64,000 bases of DNA from contig CBDFKD010000002.1 in assembly GCA_965248695.1 (NCBI GenBank), positions 96,001-160,000 on the forward strand, given 5' to 3'. The stretch comes from Acidobacteriota bacterium (GTDB lineage: Bacteria > Acidobacteriota > UBA890 > WLXD01). The notes under the pieces were generated by a model that was not told the origin of the DNA, made no database searches, and saw only the letters and a program-made list of their open reading frames with translations. Every line of letters begins with the position of its first letter. The stretch's first letter is position 1. The position numbers and the translations under genes were made by a program. Shown piece after piece: positions 1 to 9,816 of the stretch.

Positions 1-1
1 T

Positions 2-361
2 TTGATAATGGGGGGTCGTATCGGCGGCACGTCGGAACGGGGACGTGCCCGTGCCGAGGCGAAGAAGATCCTGTCGAAGACGAAGGACGCGAGGGGTCGA
101 TCCTTCGAGATCACCCACATTCCGAGCGCCGTGGACGTCCGATCGACTGAGGAGTACTTCTTCACCGGATACGCTAACTACTACGTCGGCAACGGTGCCG
201 TCTTTACGCCTTCATTCGGCGATGCCAAAGCCGACGCATACGCCGTCGAGACGCTCGGTCGCCTGTTTCCCGAACGACGTATCGTTTCTTTGGACGTCGA
301 TCGAATCTACGAGAACGGCGGGGGCATCCACTGCGTGACGCAACAGCAGCCGGCCGCGTAG
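2..361 (+). CDS. Agmatine deiminase / peptidylarginine deiminase family, 3' part (runs off window start)
   Basis: YANYYVGNGAV and the C-terminal catalytic motif GGGIHCVTQQQP. Confidence 0.88.
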   Translation: MIMGGRIGGTSERGRARAEAKKILSKTKDARGRSFEITHIPSAVDVRSTEEYFFTGYANYYVGNGAVFTPSFGDAKADAYAVETLGRLFPERRIVSLDVDRIYENGGGIHCVTQQQPAA

Positions 362-594
362 CAGGAGCTCAGCCCGAACGCTCGAAGAGACAGCCGTGTT
401 GCTTCCCTGAACTGTGAAAGTCAAGAGTTGATCTGACAGACACCGCTGGTCGCGCATCCTTCGCCTCTAACGCCGGGCCCTTAGGGCCCCCGCTCCGTTC
501 ACTGACTCGCCCCGACTCGCCGCCGTTCGGTGCTCCCCACCTCTCGTGAAGTGAAAACGACGTCCGACGCGCACCTCGGAGCGACCCCGTCAGC

Positions 595-700
595 ACGCAG
601 TTACGCCGTCATGCCCGATGGCGATCTTTTCGTCATGATCCGGCCTGCCGCGACGACGGAGCGGAGGGTCAACGTCGCGCTCAACGGATCGGTGCGTGAA
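595..700 (+). pseudogene. Possible remnant of the C-terminal beta-propeller tail of a TolB-repeat Ser/Thr kinase-type protein
   Basis: Translates as SYAVMPDGDLFVMIR...RVNVALN, resembling the YDVxPDGxxFxMI...VNVVLNW tail of such proteins; no upstream gene body. Confidence 0.4.
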
Positions 701-857
701 GCGCGGGTGCAAAGCCGGTCGCTGCTCTGGATTTCATGGAAGGACATGTCCTTGACAGGAGCGGAGCGGCATCTAGGATCGACAGGAACTTCAGAATGAT
801 TTGAACACCTGTTGAAAGAGTGTCTTGGACGGCTAGGAACCAGGAACGGCCCGAACC

Positions 858-3110
858 ATGCCACACTCGAAAACCGCACTACCGACGACGAACTGGCTCT
901 TGCAGGCCGCGTTGGTGATGTCCGTATTTATTGCCGTGATCTTCATCCCCGCGGCGCTCGCTGCGCAGGACAGCGACGCCGATCAGGAGGCGATGGCCTC
1001 GTGGGTGGCACTCGACGTTACTACGGGGTATGAGACTCGTGTCGCGTCAGATCTGGCTGCGGGTATGTCCGGGTGGACGGTCGACCAGTGGGGGAACCTC
1101 GTGAAGCGGGTGGGTTCCGGGTCCCCGCGGCGCGTCGTCGCCTGCGCGCTGGACCGTCCCGGTTACGCGGTGACTCAGATCACCGACGACGGATACCTCC
1201 GGGTCCATCGCATTGGGAGTCGAGGAGGCTCGCGCCACCCCCTGTGGGACCAGGCGTTCGAGGCCCAGCAGGTTCGAATCCTCACCGAGCAGGGTCCAGT
1301 CGCTGGAGTCGTTGCTCGGAGCAACGGCCACTTCGCACGGCAACACCGGGACGAGACCTGGGTTGTCCGCGCCGACGACCTCTGGGTGGATGTTGGTGCG
1401 GAGTCTGCCGACGGCGTTGCGGAGCTCGGGATCGGTCTCTTGGACCCCGTTTCCAGACACCTGCCCCCGTGGACCATCTCTGGAGCGGTGGCTGGTCCGG
1501 ACTCCGGACGCCGCGTGGGCTGTGCCGCGGTGGCGGCACTGGCCGAGATCGCTGAGCGCGGTGACGCCGCCGGGGGAGAAACCCACTTTGTCCTGAGTTC
1601 CCAGGAGGTGTTCGGTTGGGTGGGACTGTCTTCATTGATCGCCCGCGGCGGGCAATTCGATGGATTGATCCTGGTGGCCCCCGGCCAGTCCTCTCGCGTC
1701 GTTCAAGAACGCCCTGCCAGATCTCTCGGTCGGGCTGGGGAGGTTCTCTCCGCCAGGGGTCTGTCCTCGTTGACCTGGATCGCTCCGGAGGTCGGCTCGC
1801 CCGGCTCCCACATGGAAACGATCCGCGTCGAAGAGGCCCTCGCGGTGCTGTCGGCGACCGCAGCGGCTGCCGGCATGAGCCTCCCGACCGGCTTTTCGTG
1901 GGTTCCCGCGCCCGCACCAGCGCCCCTCCGCACAGGTCACATGGACGTCTCACTGACGCGAATCGCTTCTGTCCTGGAGGCGCTGATTGAGCTTCATGGC
2001 GTCTCGGGCCACGAGTGGTCGGTACGACGTTTCGTGCTCGAATCGCTCCCGGAATGGGCCCGGGATCGGGCCGTCGTGGACGACATCGGCAACATTATGG
2101 TTGCGGTGGGACCGGAACGAGACACGACAGTCTTCATGGCGCACATGGACGAAGTGGGTTACGAGGTCGGATCCATCGCACCGGACGGTATCGTCACACT
2201 GGCCCGCAAGGGCGGCGCAACATCGTCGGCCTGGGAGGGCCAAACCGCACTCGTCCACTTCGATCCTGCCGGAGCGCCAAGCACGCGTACGGGGGATGGG
2301 ACCGACATCGATCCCCGCTGGAAAGCCGCGTCTCTTTCGGCATCGGCGCCCGAGCCGCTCCGGGGTGTCTTCCTGTCACGGCACGAGGCGGACGAAAGGA
2401 CCCCGGGCACGCTGACGGCCTGGTTCGGCCTCAACGGCGCGGCGCTCATGGAGCGCGGCGTGCGGGTCGGCGCCATGGTGACGAGTCACAAAGAAGGCCT
2501 GCGCATGGGACCGACCCGGTTCACCGGGCGTGGTCTGGACGACCGGGCCGGCACTACCGCCATGATTCTTGCTGTAAACGACCTGAACCCCGATCAGCTT
2601 CAGAGTCAGGTGATATTCGCATGGTCGGTGCACGAGGAAGGGGCGGCGTTCGGACGGGGGTTCGGTTCGCCGCCGTACCGCTTCACGCCGAGCCCGATCC
2701 AGTCGGTAGGCCTGCAAGGCGCCCACGCCATGGCTCGTCGTTTCGCGGCGACCACACGCAGGATCTATTCAGTAGACACGTTCGTGACGTCGGACACCCC
2801 CCTGGAGTCGCCCCACTTCGCGTACGCGCCCCTCGGAAACGGTCCCGTATTGAAGGCAATCCATGGCGCCTCAATTTCTCCGGATCGCGAACGTGCGCGG
2901 GTGAAACGCATCGCTGCCGCCGCGGGCATCCCTCTCCAAATGGCCCTCGTTCAAGGCAGTACCGACGGGACTCGGTTCACTTTCTGGGGTGCACCGAACC
3001 AGGGACTCTCCTGGCCCGGCCGATACAGTCACTCCCCGGGCGAGACGCTGGACCTACGGGACCTGACCCTCCTCGCCGAACTGATCGCCGCAGTAGCCAC
3101 CGAACCGTAA
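858..3110 (+). CDS. Secreted M42/M20-clan metallopeptidase with two tandem M42-like domains
   Basis: Signal-peptide-like N-terminus; C-domain has GVSGHE, AHMDEVG, LDDRAG, HEEG, VDTF, YSHSP; N-domain has degenerate equivalents (ALDRPG, VDVGA). Confidence 0.85.
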   Translation: MPHSKTALPTTNWLLQAALVMSVFIAVIFIPAALAAQDSDADQEAMASWVALDVTTGYETRVASDLAAGMSGWTVDQWGNLVKRVGSGSPRRVVACALDRPGYAVTQITDDGYLRVHRIGSRGGSRHPLWDQAFEAQQVRILTEQGPVAGVVARSNGHFARQHRDETWVVRADDLWVDVGAESADGVAELGIGLLDPVSRHLPPWTISGAVAGPDSGRRVGCAAVAALAEIAERGDAAGGETHFVLSSQEVFGWVGLSSLIARGGQFDGLILVAPGQSSRVVQERPARSLGRAGEVLSARGLSSLTWIAPEVGSPGSHMETIRVEEALAVLSATAAAAGMSLPTGFSWVPAPAPAPLRTGHMDVSLTRIASVLEALIELHGVSGHEWSVRRFVLESLPEWARDRAVVDDIGNIMVAVGPERDTTVFMAHMDEVGYEVGSIAPDGIVTLARKGGATSSAWEGQTALVHFDPAGAPSTRTGDGTDIDPRWKAASLSASAPEPLRGVFLSRHEADERTPGTLTAWFGLNGAALMERGVRVGAMVTSHKEGLRMGPTRFTGRGLDDRAGTTAMILAVNDLNPDQLQSQVIFAWSVHEEGAAFGRGFGSPPYRFTPSPIQSVGLQGAHAMARRFAATTRRIYSVDTFVTSDTPLESPHFAYAPLGNGPVLKAIHGASISPDRERARVKRIAAAAGIPLQMALVQGSTDGTRFTFWGAPNQGLSWPGRYSHSPGETLDLRDLTLLAELIAAVATEP

Positions 3111-3216
3111 CGGCTCTCACTGCGAAAGCCGAGGCGTTGAAGAATAGGAAGAATAAGAGGCCCGTTCTAGTTGATATTGGCAACCGCTGGCAAGCGGTTC
3201 ACTGTGATGGCCTCGA

Positions 3217-3401
3217 TGACCTGCCCCAAGTGTTTGGGCCACTTCGTAACTCATAGAATCGGTACTGGCAAGAGATTGTTGGAGCTGGCGAAGCGGAGCG
3301 TAGCCGGCTGCAACAACGTCGCTTCGGGTGCAGGCGGTCGATAGCCCAACGAGCTATGGGGCCGCACCTGGTTGTACTGGCGGCGCCAGCGGTGCACCAA
3401 G
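3217..3401 (-). mobile_element. Duplicated right-end fragment (185 bp) of IS407-group element IS-A
   Basis: Matches 6902-7086; starts with IR TGACCTGCCCCAAG; interrupted at 3402 by IS-B. Confidence 0.92.
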
Positions 3402-4252
3402 TGACCTGACCCCGCGGTTAGTACCATGTCTTATCTCAGTAACTCGGTGCTGACAAGAGGTTGTTGAGGCCGGCGAAGCGGAGCGCAGCCGGCTTCAACA
3501 ACGTCGCTTCGGGTGCGGGCGGCCGATAGCTCAGCGAGCTGTGCGGTCGCATGCGGTTGTAGTGCTGACGCCATCTCTCGATCAGAACCTTTGCCTCCTT
3601 GAGCGTGTAGAAGATCTCTCCATCCAGCAGCTCGTCGCGTAGCTTGCCGTTGAAGCTCTCCACGTAACCGTTCTCCCACGGCGAGCCCGGCTCGATGAAC
3701 AGCGTCCCCACGCCCAACCGGCCCAGCCAGTCGCGAACCGCCTCGGCGGTGAACTCTGGTCCGTTATCCGACCGGATGTGCTCAGGTATGCCCCGGTGTA
3801 CGAACAACCTCCCGAGCTGCTCCAGCACGTCCTCAGAGTTGAGCTTCCGTGCTACATGGATCGCCAGGCTTTCTCGTGTGTACTCATCGACGATCGTCAG
3901 CAGCCTCATAGCCCGACCGTCGTGCGTCCGGTGGTGCAGGAAGTCATACGCCCAGACATGATCCCGGTGCTGTGGGCGCAGCCGGATGCAGGAGCCATCG
4001 CTCAGCCACAGCCGTGCTCGTTTGGGCTGTTTTCTCGGTACTTTCAGCCCTTCGCGCCGCCAGATACGCTGCACTCGTTTGTGGTTCACGGACCAGCCCT
4101 CCATGCGCAGCAACGCTGTCACCCTCCGATATCCGTAGCGCCCGTACTGTCGGGCTAAATCCACGATCCGCTCCGTCAAAATCTGCTCCTGTTGCGGCTC
4201 TCTTGGCACGTACCGGTGTGTCGTGCGTGGTTGTTTCAGTACCCGACACGCC
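3402..4252 (-). mobile_element. IS-B outer copy, right arm (IRR + most of orfB)
   Basis: Starts TGACCTGACCCCG; 851 bp matching 4253-5103 and 5104-5954; ends at the CGCC site. Confidence 0.92.
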
Positions 4253-5103
4253 TGACCTGACCCCGCGGTTAGTACCATGTCTTATCTCAGTAACTCGGTG
4301 CTGACAAGAGGTTGTTGAGGCCGGCGAAGCGGAGCGCAGCCGGCTTCAACAACGTCGCTTCGGGTGCGGGCGGCCGATAGCTCAGCGAGCTGTGCGGTCG
4401 CATGCGGTTGTAGTGCTGACGCCATCTCTCGATCAGAACCTTTGCCTCCTTGAGCGTGTAGAAGATCTCTCCATCCAGCAGCTCGTCGCGTAGCTTGCCG
4501 TTGAAGCTCTCCACGTAACCGTTCTCCCACGGCGAGCCCGGCTCGATGAACAGCGTCCCCACGCCCAACCGGCCCAGCCAGTCGCGAACCGCCTCGGCGG
4601 TGAACTCTGGTCCGTTATCCGACCGGATGTGCTCAGGTATGCCCCGGTGTACGAACAACCTCCCGAGCTGCTCCAGCACGTCCTCAGAGTTGAGCTTCCG
4701 TGCTACATGGATCGCCAGGCTTTCTCGTGTGTACTCATCGACGATCGTCAGCAGCCTCATAGCCCGACCGTCGTGCGTCCGGTGGTGCAGGAAGTCATAC
4801 GCCCAGACATGATCCCGGTGCTGTGGGCGCAGCCGGATGCAGGAGCCATCGCTCAGCCACAGCCGTGCTCGTTTGGGCTGTTTTCTCGGTACTTTCAGCC
4901 CTTCGCGCCGCCAGATACGCTGCACTCGTTTGTGGTTCACGGACCAGCCCTCCATGCGCAGCAACGCTGTCACCCTCCGATATCCGTAGCGCCCGTACTG
5001 TCGGGCTAAATCCACGATCCGCTCCGTCAAAATCTGCTCCTGTTGCGGCTCTCTTGGCACGTACCGGTGTGTCGTGCGTGGTTGTTTCAGTACCCGACAC
5101 GCC
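4253..5103 (-). mobile_element. IS-B middle copy, right arm
   Basis: 851-bp repeat ending in CGCC (5100-5103); completed by 6364-6776. Confidence 0.92.
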
Positions 5104-5137
5104 TGACCTGACCCCGCGGTTAGTACCATGTCTTATC

Positions 5138-6030
5138 TCAGTAACTCGGTGCTGACAAGAGGTTGTTGAGGCCGGCGAAGCGGAGCGCAGCCGGCTTCAA
5201 CAACGTCGCTTCGGGTGCGGGCGGCCGATAGCTCAGCGAGCTGTGCGGTCGCATGCGGTTGTAGTGCTGACGCCATCTCTCGATCAGAACCTTTGCCTCC
5301 TTGAGCGTGTAGAAGATCTCTCCATCCAGCAGCTCGTCGCGTAGCTTGCCGTTGAAGCTCTCCACGTAACCGTTCTCCCACGGCGAGCCCGGCTCGATGA
5401 ACAGCGTCCCCACGCCCAACCGGCCCAGCCAGTCGCGAACCGCCTCGGCGGTGAACTCTGGTCCGTTATCCGACCGGATGTGCTCAGGTATGCCCCGGTG
5501 TACGAACAACCTCCCGAGCTGCTCCAGCACGTCCTCAGAGTTGAGCTTCCGTGCTACATGGATCGCCAGGCTTTCTCGTGTGTACTCATCGACGATCGTC
5601 AGCAGCCTCATAGCCCGACCGTCGTGCGTCCGGTGGTGCAGGAAGTCATACGCCCAGACATGATCCCGGTGCTGTGGGCGCAGCCGGATGCAGGAGCCAT
5701 CGCTCAGCCACAGCCGTGCTCGTTTGGGCTGTTTTCTCGGTACTTTCAGCCCTTCGCGCCGCCAGATACGCTGCACTCGTTTGTGGTTCACGGACCAGCC
5801 CTCCATGCGCAGCAACGCTGTCACCCTCCGATATCCGTAGCGCCCGTACTGTCGGGCTAAATCCACGATCCGCTCCGTCAAAATCTGCTCCTGTTGCGGC
5901 TCTCTTGGCACGTACCGGTGTGTCGTGCGTGGTTGTTTCAGTACCCGACACGCCCGCCTCTCCGAGACGCCCAGCCGCCCCCGTACATGTGCCACCGCCT
6001 CTCGCCGCCGAGCTGGGCTCAGAAGTTTCC
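5138..6030 (-). CDS. IS-B transposase OrfB (DDE integrase core), probably fused to OrfA by -1 frameshift
   Basis: RYGYRR, WAYDF, IVDEYTRE, IRSDNGPEF, PGSPWENGYVESFNG, YNRMRPHSSL. Confidence 0.92.
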
Positions 6031-6297
6031 CTCCGCCACTTCCTTCAGGATCGACAGGTCGAGTTCCTTTTCCGCCACCAGCCTCTTGAGCCGGGCATTC
6101 TCCTTCTCCAGTTGCTTGAGCTTTCTGGCCTGGTTGAGCTTCAGTCCGCCGTACTCTCGCCGCCACCGGTAGTAGGTGTGCTCGGTGATTGCTAGCTTGC
6201 GGCAGGCATCCTTGACCGTCGCCCCTCGAGCCAGCTCCACCTCAGCCTCCCGGAGCTTGCGTACGATCTGCTCGGCGCTGTGCCTCTTACTCGGCAT
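6019..6297 (-). CDS. IS-B transposase OrfA (HTH)
   Basis: MPSKRHSAEQIVRKL...TYYRWRREYGG...LEKENARLKRLVA...EGNF; GGGAGG RBS upstream. Confidence 0.92.
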   Translation of the reverse strand: MPSKRHSAEQIVRKLREAEVELARGATVKDACRKLAITEHTYYRWRREYGGLKLNQARKLKQLEKENARLKRLVAEKELDLSILKEVAEGNF

Positions 6298-6363
6298 TCT
6301 GACCTCCCGTTCTTGACCCAGATCGTGAGATTACATCCGGATCCGTTTTCGGGGGTCAGGTCA

Positions 6364-6776
6364 CGCCCGCCTCTCCGAGACGCCCAGCCGCCCCCGTACA
6401 TGTGCCACCGCCTCTCGCCGCCGAGCTGGGCTCAGAAGTTTCCCTCCGCCACTTCCTTCAGGATCGACAGGTCGAGTTCCTTTTCCGCCACCAGCCTCTT
6501 GAGCCGGGCATTCTCCTTCTCCAGTTGCTTGAGCTTTCTGGCCTGGTTGAGCTTCAGTCCGCCGTACTCTCGCCGCCACCGGTAGTAGGTGTGCTCGGTG
6601 ATTGCTAGCTTGCGGCAGGCATCCTTGACCGTCGCCCCTCGAGCCAGCTCCACCTCAGCCTCCCGGAGCTTGCGTACGATCTGCTCGGCGCTGTGCCTCT
6701 TACTCGGCATTCTGACCTCCCGTTCTTGACCCAGATCGTGAGATTACATCCGGATCCGTTTTCGGGGGTCAGGTCA
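6364..6776 (-). mobile_element. IS-B middle copy, left arm (orfA at 6432-6710 + IRL)
   Basis: 413 bp; 851+413-4 = 1260, exactly one element plus one copy of the duplicated site. Confidence 0.92.
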
Positions 6777-6897
6777 CAGCCTCCCGGAGCTTGCGTACGA
6801 TCTGCTCGGCGCTGTGCCTCTTACTCGGCATTCTGACCTCCCGTTCTTGACCCAGATCGTGAGATTACATCCGGATCCGTTTTCGGGGGTCAGGTCA
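6777..6897 (-). mobile_element. IS-B outer copy, short left arm (121 bp, IRL + orfA start)
   Basis: Matches 6243-6363; ends GGGGGTCAGGTCA. Confidence 0.9.
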
Positions 6898-6935
6898 TCG
6901 ATGACCTGCCCCAAGTGTTTGGGCCACTTCGTAAC

Positions 6936-7715
6936 TCATAGAATCGGTACTGGCAAGAGATTGTTGGAGCTGGCGAAGCGGAGCGTAGCCGGCTGCAACA
7001 ACGTCGCTTCGGGTGCAGGCGGTCGATAGCCCAACGAGCTATGGGGCCGCACCTGGTTGTACTGGCGGCGCCAGCGGTGCACCAAGCACTGCGCCTCCTT
7101 GAGCGTGTAGAAGATCTCGCCGTTCAGCAGCTCGTCTCGGAGCTTGCCGTTGAAGCTCTCCACATAGCCGTTTTCCCATGGCGATCCGGGCTCAATGAAC
7201 AGCGTCTTCACACCGATTCGCTCGAGCCATTCACGCACTGCCCGAGAAGTGAACTCCGGTCCGTTGTCGGAGCGGATGTGATCGGCAACACCCCGGTTCA
7301 CGAACAGCTCAGCGAGTCGCTCCAGCACGTTCTCGGAGTTGAGCCTGCGTGCTACATCGATTGCCAAGCACTCTCTCGTGTACTCATCCACGATCGTCAG
7401 TAGACGAAACGCTCGCCCGTCGTGAGTTCGTTCGTGCACGAAGTCATAGGCCCAGACGTGATCTTTCCTCTCCGGCCGCAGCCGCACGCACGATCCATCA
7501 TTGCGCCACCAGCGTCCGCGCTTGGGCTGCTTTTTCGGTACCTTCAGCCCCTCACGACGCCATAACCGTTCGACCCTCTTGTGATTCACTCGCCACCCCT
7601 CACGTACCAACAGCGCCGTGATCCGCCGGTACCCATAGCGCCCGTACTGCGTCGCCAGCTGGGTCATCCGCTCCACCAGTGCCTTCTCCTCCTGCGGCAC
7701 CTTGGGCCGATACTG
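6936..7715 (-). pseudogene. IS-A OrfB 3' part, separated from its 5' end by IS-C
   Basis: QYRPK...YGRYGYRR...SDNGPEF...WENGYVESFNG; upstream part resumes after 9081. Confidence 0.88.
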
Positions 7716-7720
7716 TGGAG

Positions 7721-8716
7721 TTACCCCGTTTCGGTGGACAGTTGAACGCTTGGATTTGAGGCCGTAGTCGTAGTGCTGTGGGAACTCGTGGGAGCCGCAG
7801 AGCGGCTTCCAAGTGGCGGTGCGGATCGCGGCGCGATCTGCATGGGTACGGCAGTTTCCACAGCCGGTGACGGGGTCTCGGAGTAGCTCCTCTCGTAGGC
7901 GATTGGGGATTGGTTTCCGAGCGCCGAGTGGCGCCGTCGTGGGTTGTAGAACCCCTCGATGAACTCGAACACGGCCATGCGGGCTTCGACCTGGCTCTTG
8001 AAGCTCTGCCGCCATAGCAGCTCCGTCTCTAGCGTCGCGAAGAAGCTCTCGGCCATGGCGTTGTCGTAGCAGTCGCGAGCTGATCCGGTCGAGGGACGTA
8101 CACCGAGCTGCTTGCAGCGGTGGCCGAAGGCGATCGAGGTGTATTGCGTGCCCTGATCAGAGTGGTGGATCACGCTCTCAGGTCGGCGTTGCCAGATCGC
8201 CATGTTGAGCGCCTCAAGCACCAGTTCGGTACGCAGGTGGTTGGCCATCGACCAGCCCACCACCCGCCGGCTGAAGGCATCCATCACCACCGCCAGGTAC
8301 AAGAACCCCGACCACGTAGAGACGTACGTGATGTCGGCAACCCACAGGCGATCGGGTGCACCGACCGCGAAGTCACGTTTCACCAGATCGGGCACCGGCT
8401 GCGCGTCAGTACCGCGGCGCGTCGTGCGCAGCCGACGGCGGCGGCTGACACCCTCCAGCCCCGCCTGGCTCATCAGCCGTGCCACGCGTTTGCGCCCCAC
8501 CCGAACGCCGTCGGCGGCCAGTTCCGCGTGTACCCGAGGCACGCCATAGGTCGCACGGCTAAGTCGATGGATCGTCTCGATCTGCTCACGCAGCTGTGCA
8601 TCCTGTCGTGCTCGCATACTGCTAGGGCGTTGTCGCCACGCGTAGTAGCCGCTGGTGGAGACCTCCAGCACTCGGCACATCGTGGCGATCGGATAGCAGG
8701 CCTGGTGAGCTCTCAC
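7721..8716 (-). CDS. IS-C transposase OrfB
   Basis: WVADITY, HHSDQGTQY, CYDNAMAESFF, FYNPRRRHSALG; GTGA overlap with orfA stop. Confidence 0.92.
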   Translation of the reverse strand: MRAHQACYPIATMCRVLEVSTSGYYAWRQRPSSMRARQDAQLREQIETIHRLSRATYGVPRVHAELAADGVRVGRKRVARLMSQAGLEGVSRRRRLRTTRRGTDAQPVPDLVKRDFAVGAPDRLWVADITYVSTWSGFLYLAVVMDAFSRRVVGWSMANHLRTELVLEALNMAIWQRRPESVIHHSDQGTQYTSIAFGHRCKQLGVRPSTGSARDCYDNAMAESFFATLETELLWRQSFKSQVEARMAVFEFIEGFYNPRRRHSALGNQSPIAYERSYSETPSPAVETAVPMQIAPRSAPPLGSRSAAPTSSHSTTTTASNPSVQLSTETG

Positions 8717-9027
8717 GAACCCGAAGACTTCTTGGGTACTGCGCCGGTCTCCCGAGCGAACCAGGCCGCGGCTTTTGCCAGGATCTCCCGCTCCGTCTTC
8801 AACTGGCGGTTTTCCCGGCGTAGCCGCCGTAGTTCTTCCTTGTCCTGGCTACTCAGGCCAGCCGCGCTAAGCCCGTCATCTCGATCCGCCTGCTTGATCC
8901 ATGTACGGATCGTCCAGTACGAGGGCTCGAACTCCTCGGCGAGCTCCTGCACGCTGCGTCCTGCCCGCGCTAGCTCGACGATCTGCCGACGAAACTCCGG
9001 CGGATAAGGCGGTCGTGTTCTTCGCAT
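8713..9027 (-). CDS. IS-C transposase OrfA
   Basis: YPPEFRRQIVEL...ELRRLRRENRQLKTEREILAKAAAWFARE. Confidence 0.9.
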   Translation of the reverse strand: MRRTRPPYPPEFRRQIVELARAGRSVQELAEEFEPSYWTIRTWIKQADRDDGLSAAGLSSQDKEELRRLRRENRQLKTEREILAKAAAWFARETGAVPKKSSGS

Positions 9028-9186
9028 CGCAGACTCCTTTGGCGTTAGCCATAAGGTGTCCACGGAAGCGGGTCAACTCCAACTGCTGCGTCGAGCGCAC
9101 CTGGCCCAGTACTCTGCAGGCTCGCCTCTCGGACACACCCAACGACTGCTGTGCGTGGTGCACTGCCCGGCTCCGTCGTGCCGGGC

Positions 9187-9465
9187 TCAGAAGTTTCCCG
9201 ACGAAACCTCTTTGAGGATGGCGTTGTCGAGCATCGTCTCCGCCAGCAACTTCTTGAGCCGGCCGTTTTCCCGCTCCAGCTCCTTGAGTCGCCGTGCCTG
9301 ATCCACCCTCAGTCCACCGTACTCCTTGCGCCACCGGTAATACGTGTTCTCGCTGATTCCCAGCTTGCGGCATGCCTCCGGTGTCTTGGCCCCTTTCGCT
9401 AGCTCGATCTCTGCCTCCCTGAGCTTGGCGATGATCTGCTCTACAGTGTACCGCTTCCGCGCCAT
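9187..9465 (-). CDS. IS-A transposase OrfA
   Basis: MARKRYTVEQII...TYYRWRKEYGG...GNF; GGGAAACTTCTGA motif at end. Confidence 0.9.
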   Translation of the reverse strand: MARKRYTVEQIIAKLREAEIELAKGAKTPEACRKLGISENTYYRWRKEYGGLRVDQARRLKELERENGRLKKLLAETMLDNAILKEVSSGNF

Positions 9466-9542
9466 TCTTCCCCCTTCCCGAGCCATCCTGAGAGCCTCAA
9501 ATCCTAACTCTCAGACTGGCCCGATTATTGGGGGGCAGGTCA

Positions 9543-9780
9543 CGTAGGTCTCCGACAGGTTTGTGGTTGGCCCCCAATCCGTTTGTTCAGTCCATGCTCG
9601 GCTATGTGCGTGTTCGTGTGATCCGGGGTGGCTGCCACGAAGACCGGTAAGCGCTGGTGGGTAATACGATGGTTGGAGTGCAGCCATAACCGCTTGACTG
9701 GCACCTTCAACCTGAAACATGGAAGTCCCAGCCGCCACTAGAGAGCCATTGATAAAGTCTCTTCTCGTAATATTGCTCAA
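9543..9780 (-). pseudogene. spdH: 5' fragment of a Tat-exported spermidine dehydrogenase-like flavoprotein, truncated by IS-A
   Basis: TTG start with AGGAG RBS; TRRDFING twin-arginine motif; YYPPALTGLRGSHPGS as I recall from Pseudomonas SpdH; frame runs into the IS-A end. Confidence 0.75.
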
Positions 9781-9816
9781 CTGGCTAACTCCTAGTTGGG
9801 CTTTCGTGGACCGATT

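Larger units (their letters stand above)
5104..6363 (-). mobile_element. Complete IS3-family (IS407 group) element IS-B, 1260 bp
   Basis: Terminal IRs TGACCTGACCCC at both ends; 4-bp duplication CGCC at 5100-5103 and 6364-6367; orfA/orfB overlap with GGGAAACTTCTGA frameshift-type motif. Confidence 0.95.
7716..9081 (-). mobile_element. IS3-family element IS-C (1366 bp) inserted in IS-A orfB
   Basis: IRs TGGAGTTACCCCGTTTCGGTGGACA / TGGAGTTGACCCGCTTCCGTGGACA; 4-bp duplication ACTG at 7712-7715 and 9082-9085. Confidence 0.95.
6902..9542 (-). mobile_element. IS3-family (IS407 group) element IS-A, about 1271 bp, interrupted by IS-C
   Basis: IRs TGACCTGCCCC at 6902 and (reverse) ending 9542; orfA 9187-9465; orfB split into 9082-9195 and 6936-7715. 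Confidence 0.92.

Noticed and set aside
415-490. attC-like sequence (…TCTAACGCCGGGCCCTTAGGGC)
   Set aside because: No convincing paired R''/R' and L boxes, single copy, no integron integrase in the window
3402-5954. Three 851-bp tandem repeats as a satellite or novel array
   Set aside because: Fully explained as right arms of nested IS-B copies
6936-8015. 359-aa ORF as a novel long transposase
   Set aside because: Chimera created by IS-C insertion into IS-A orfB
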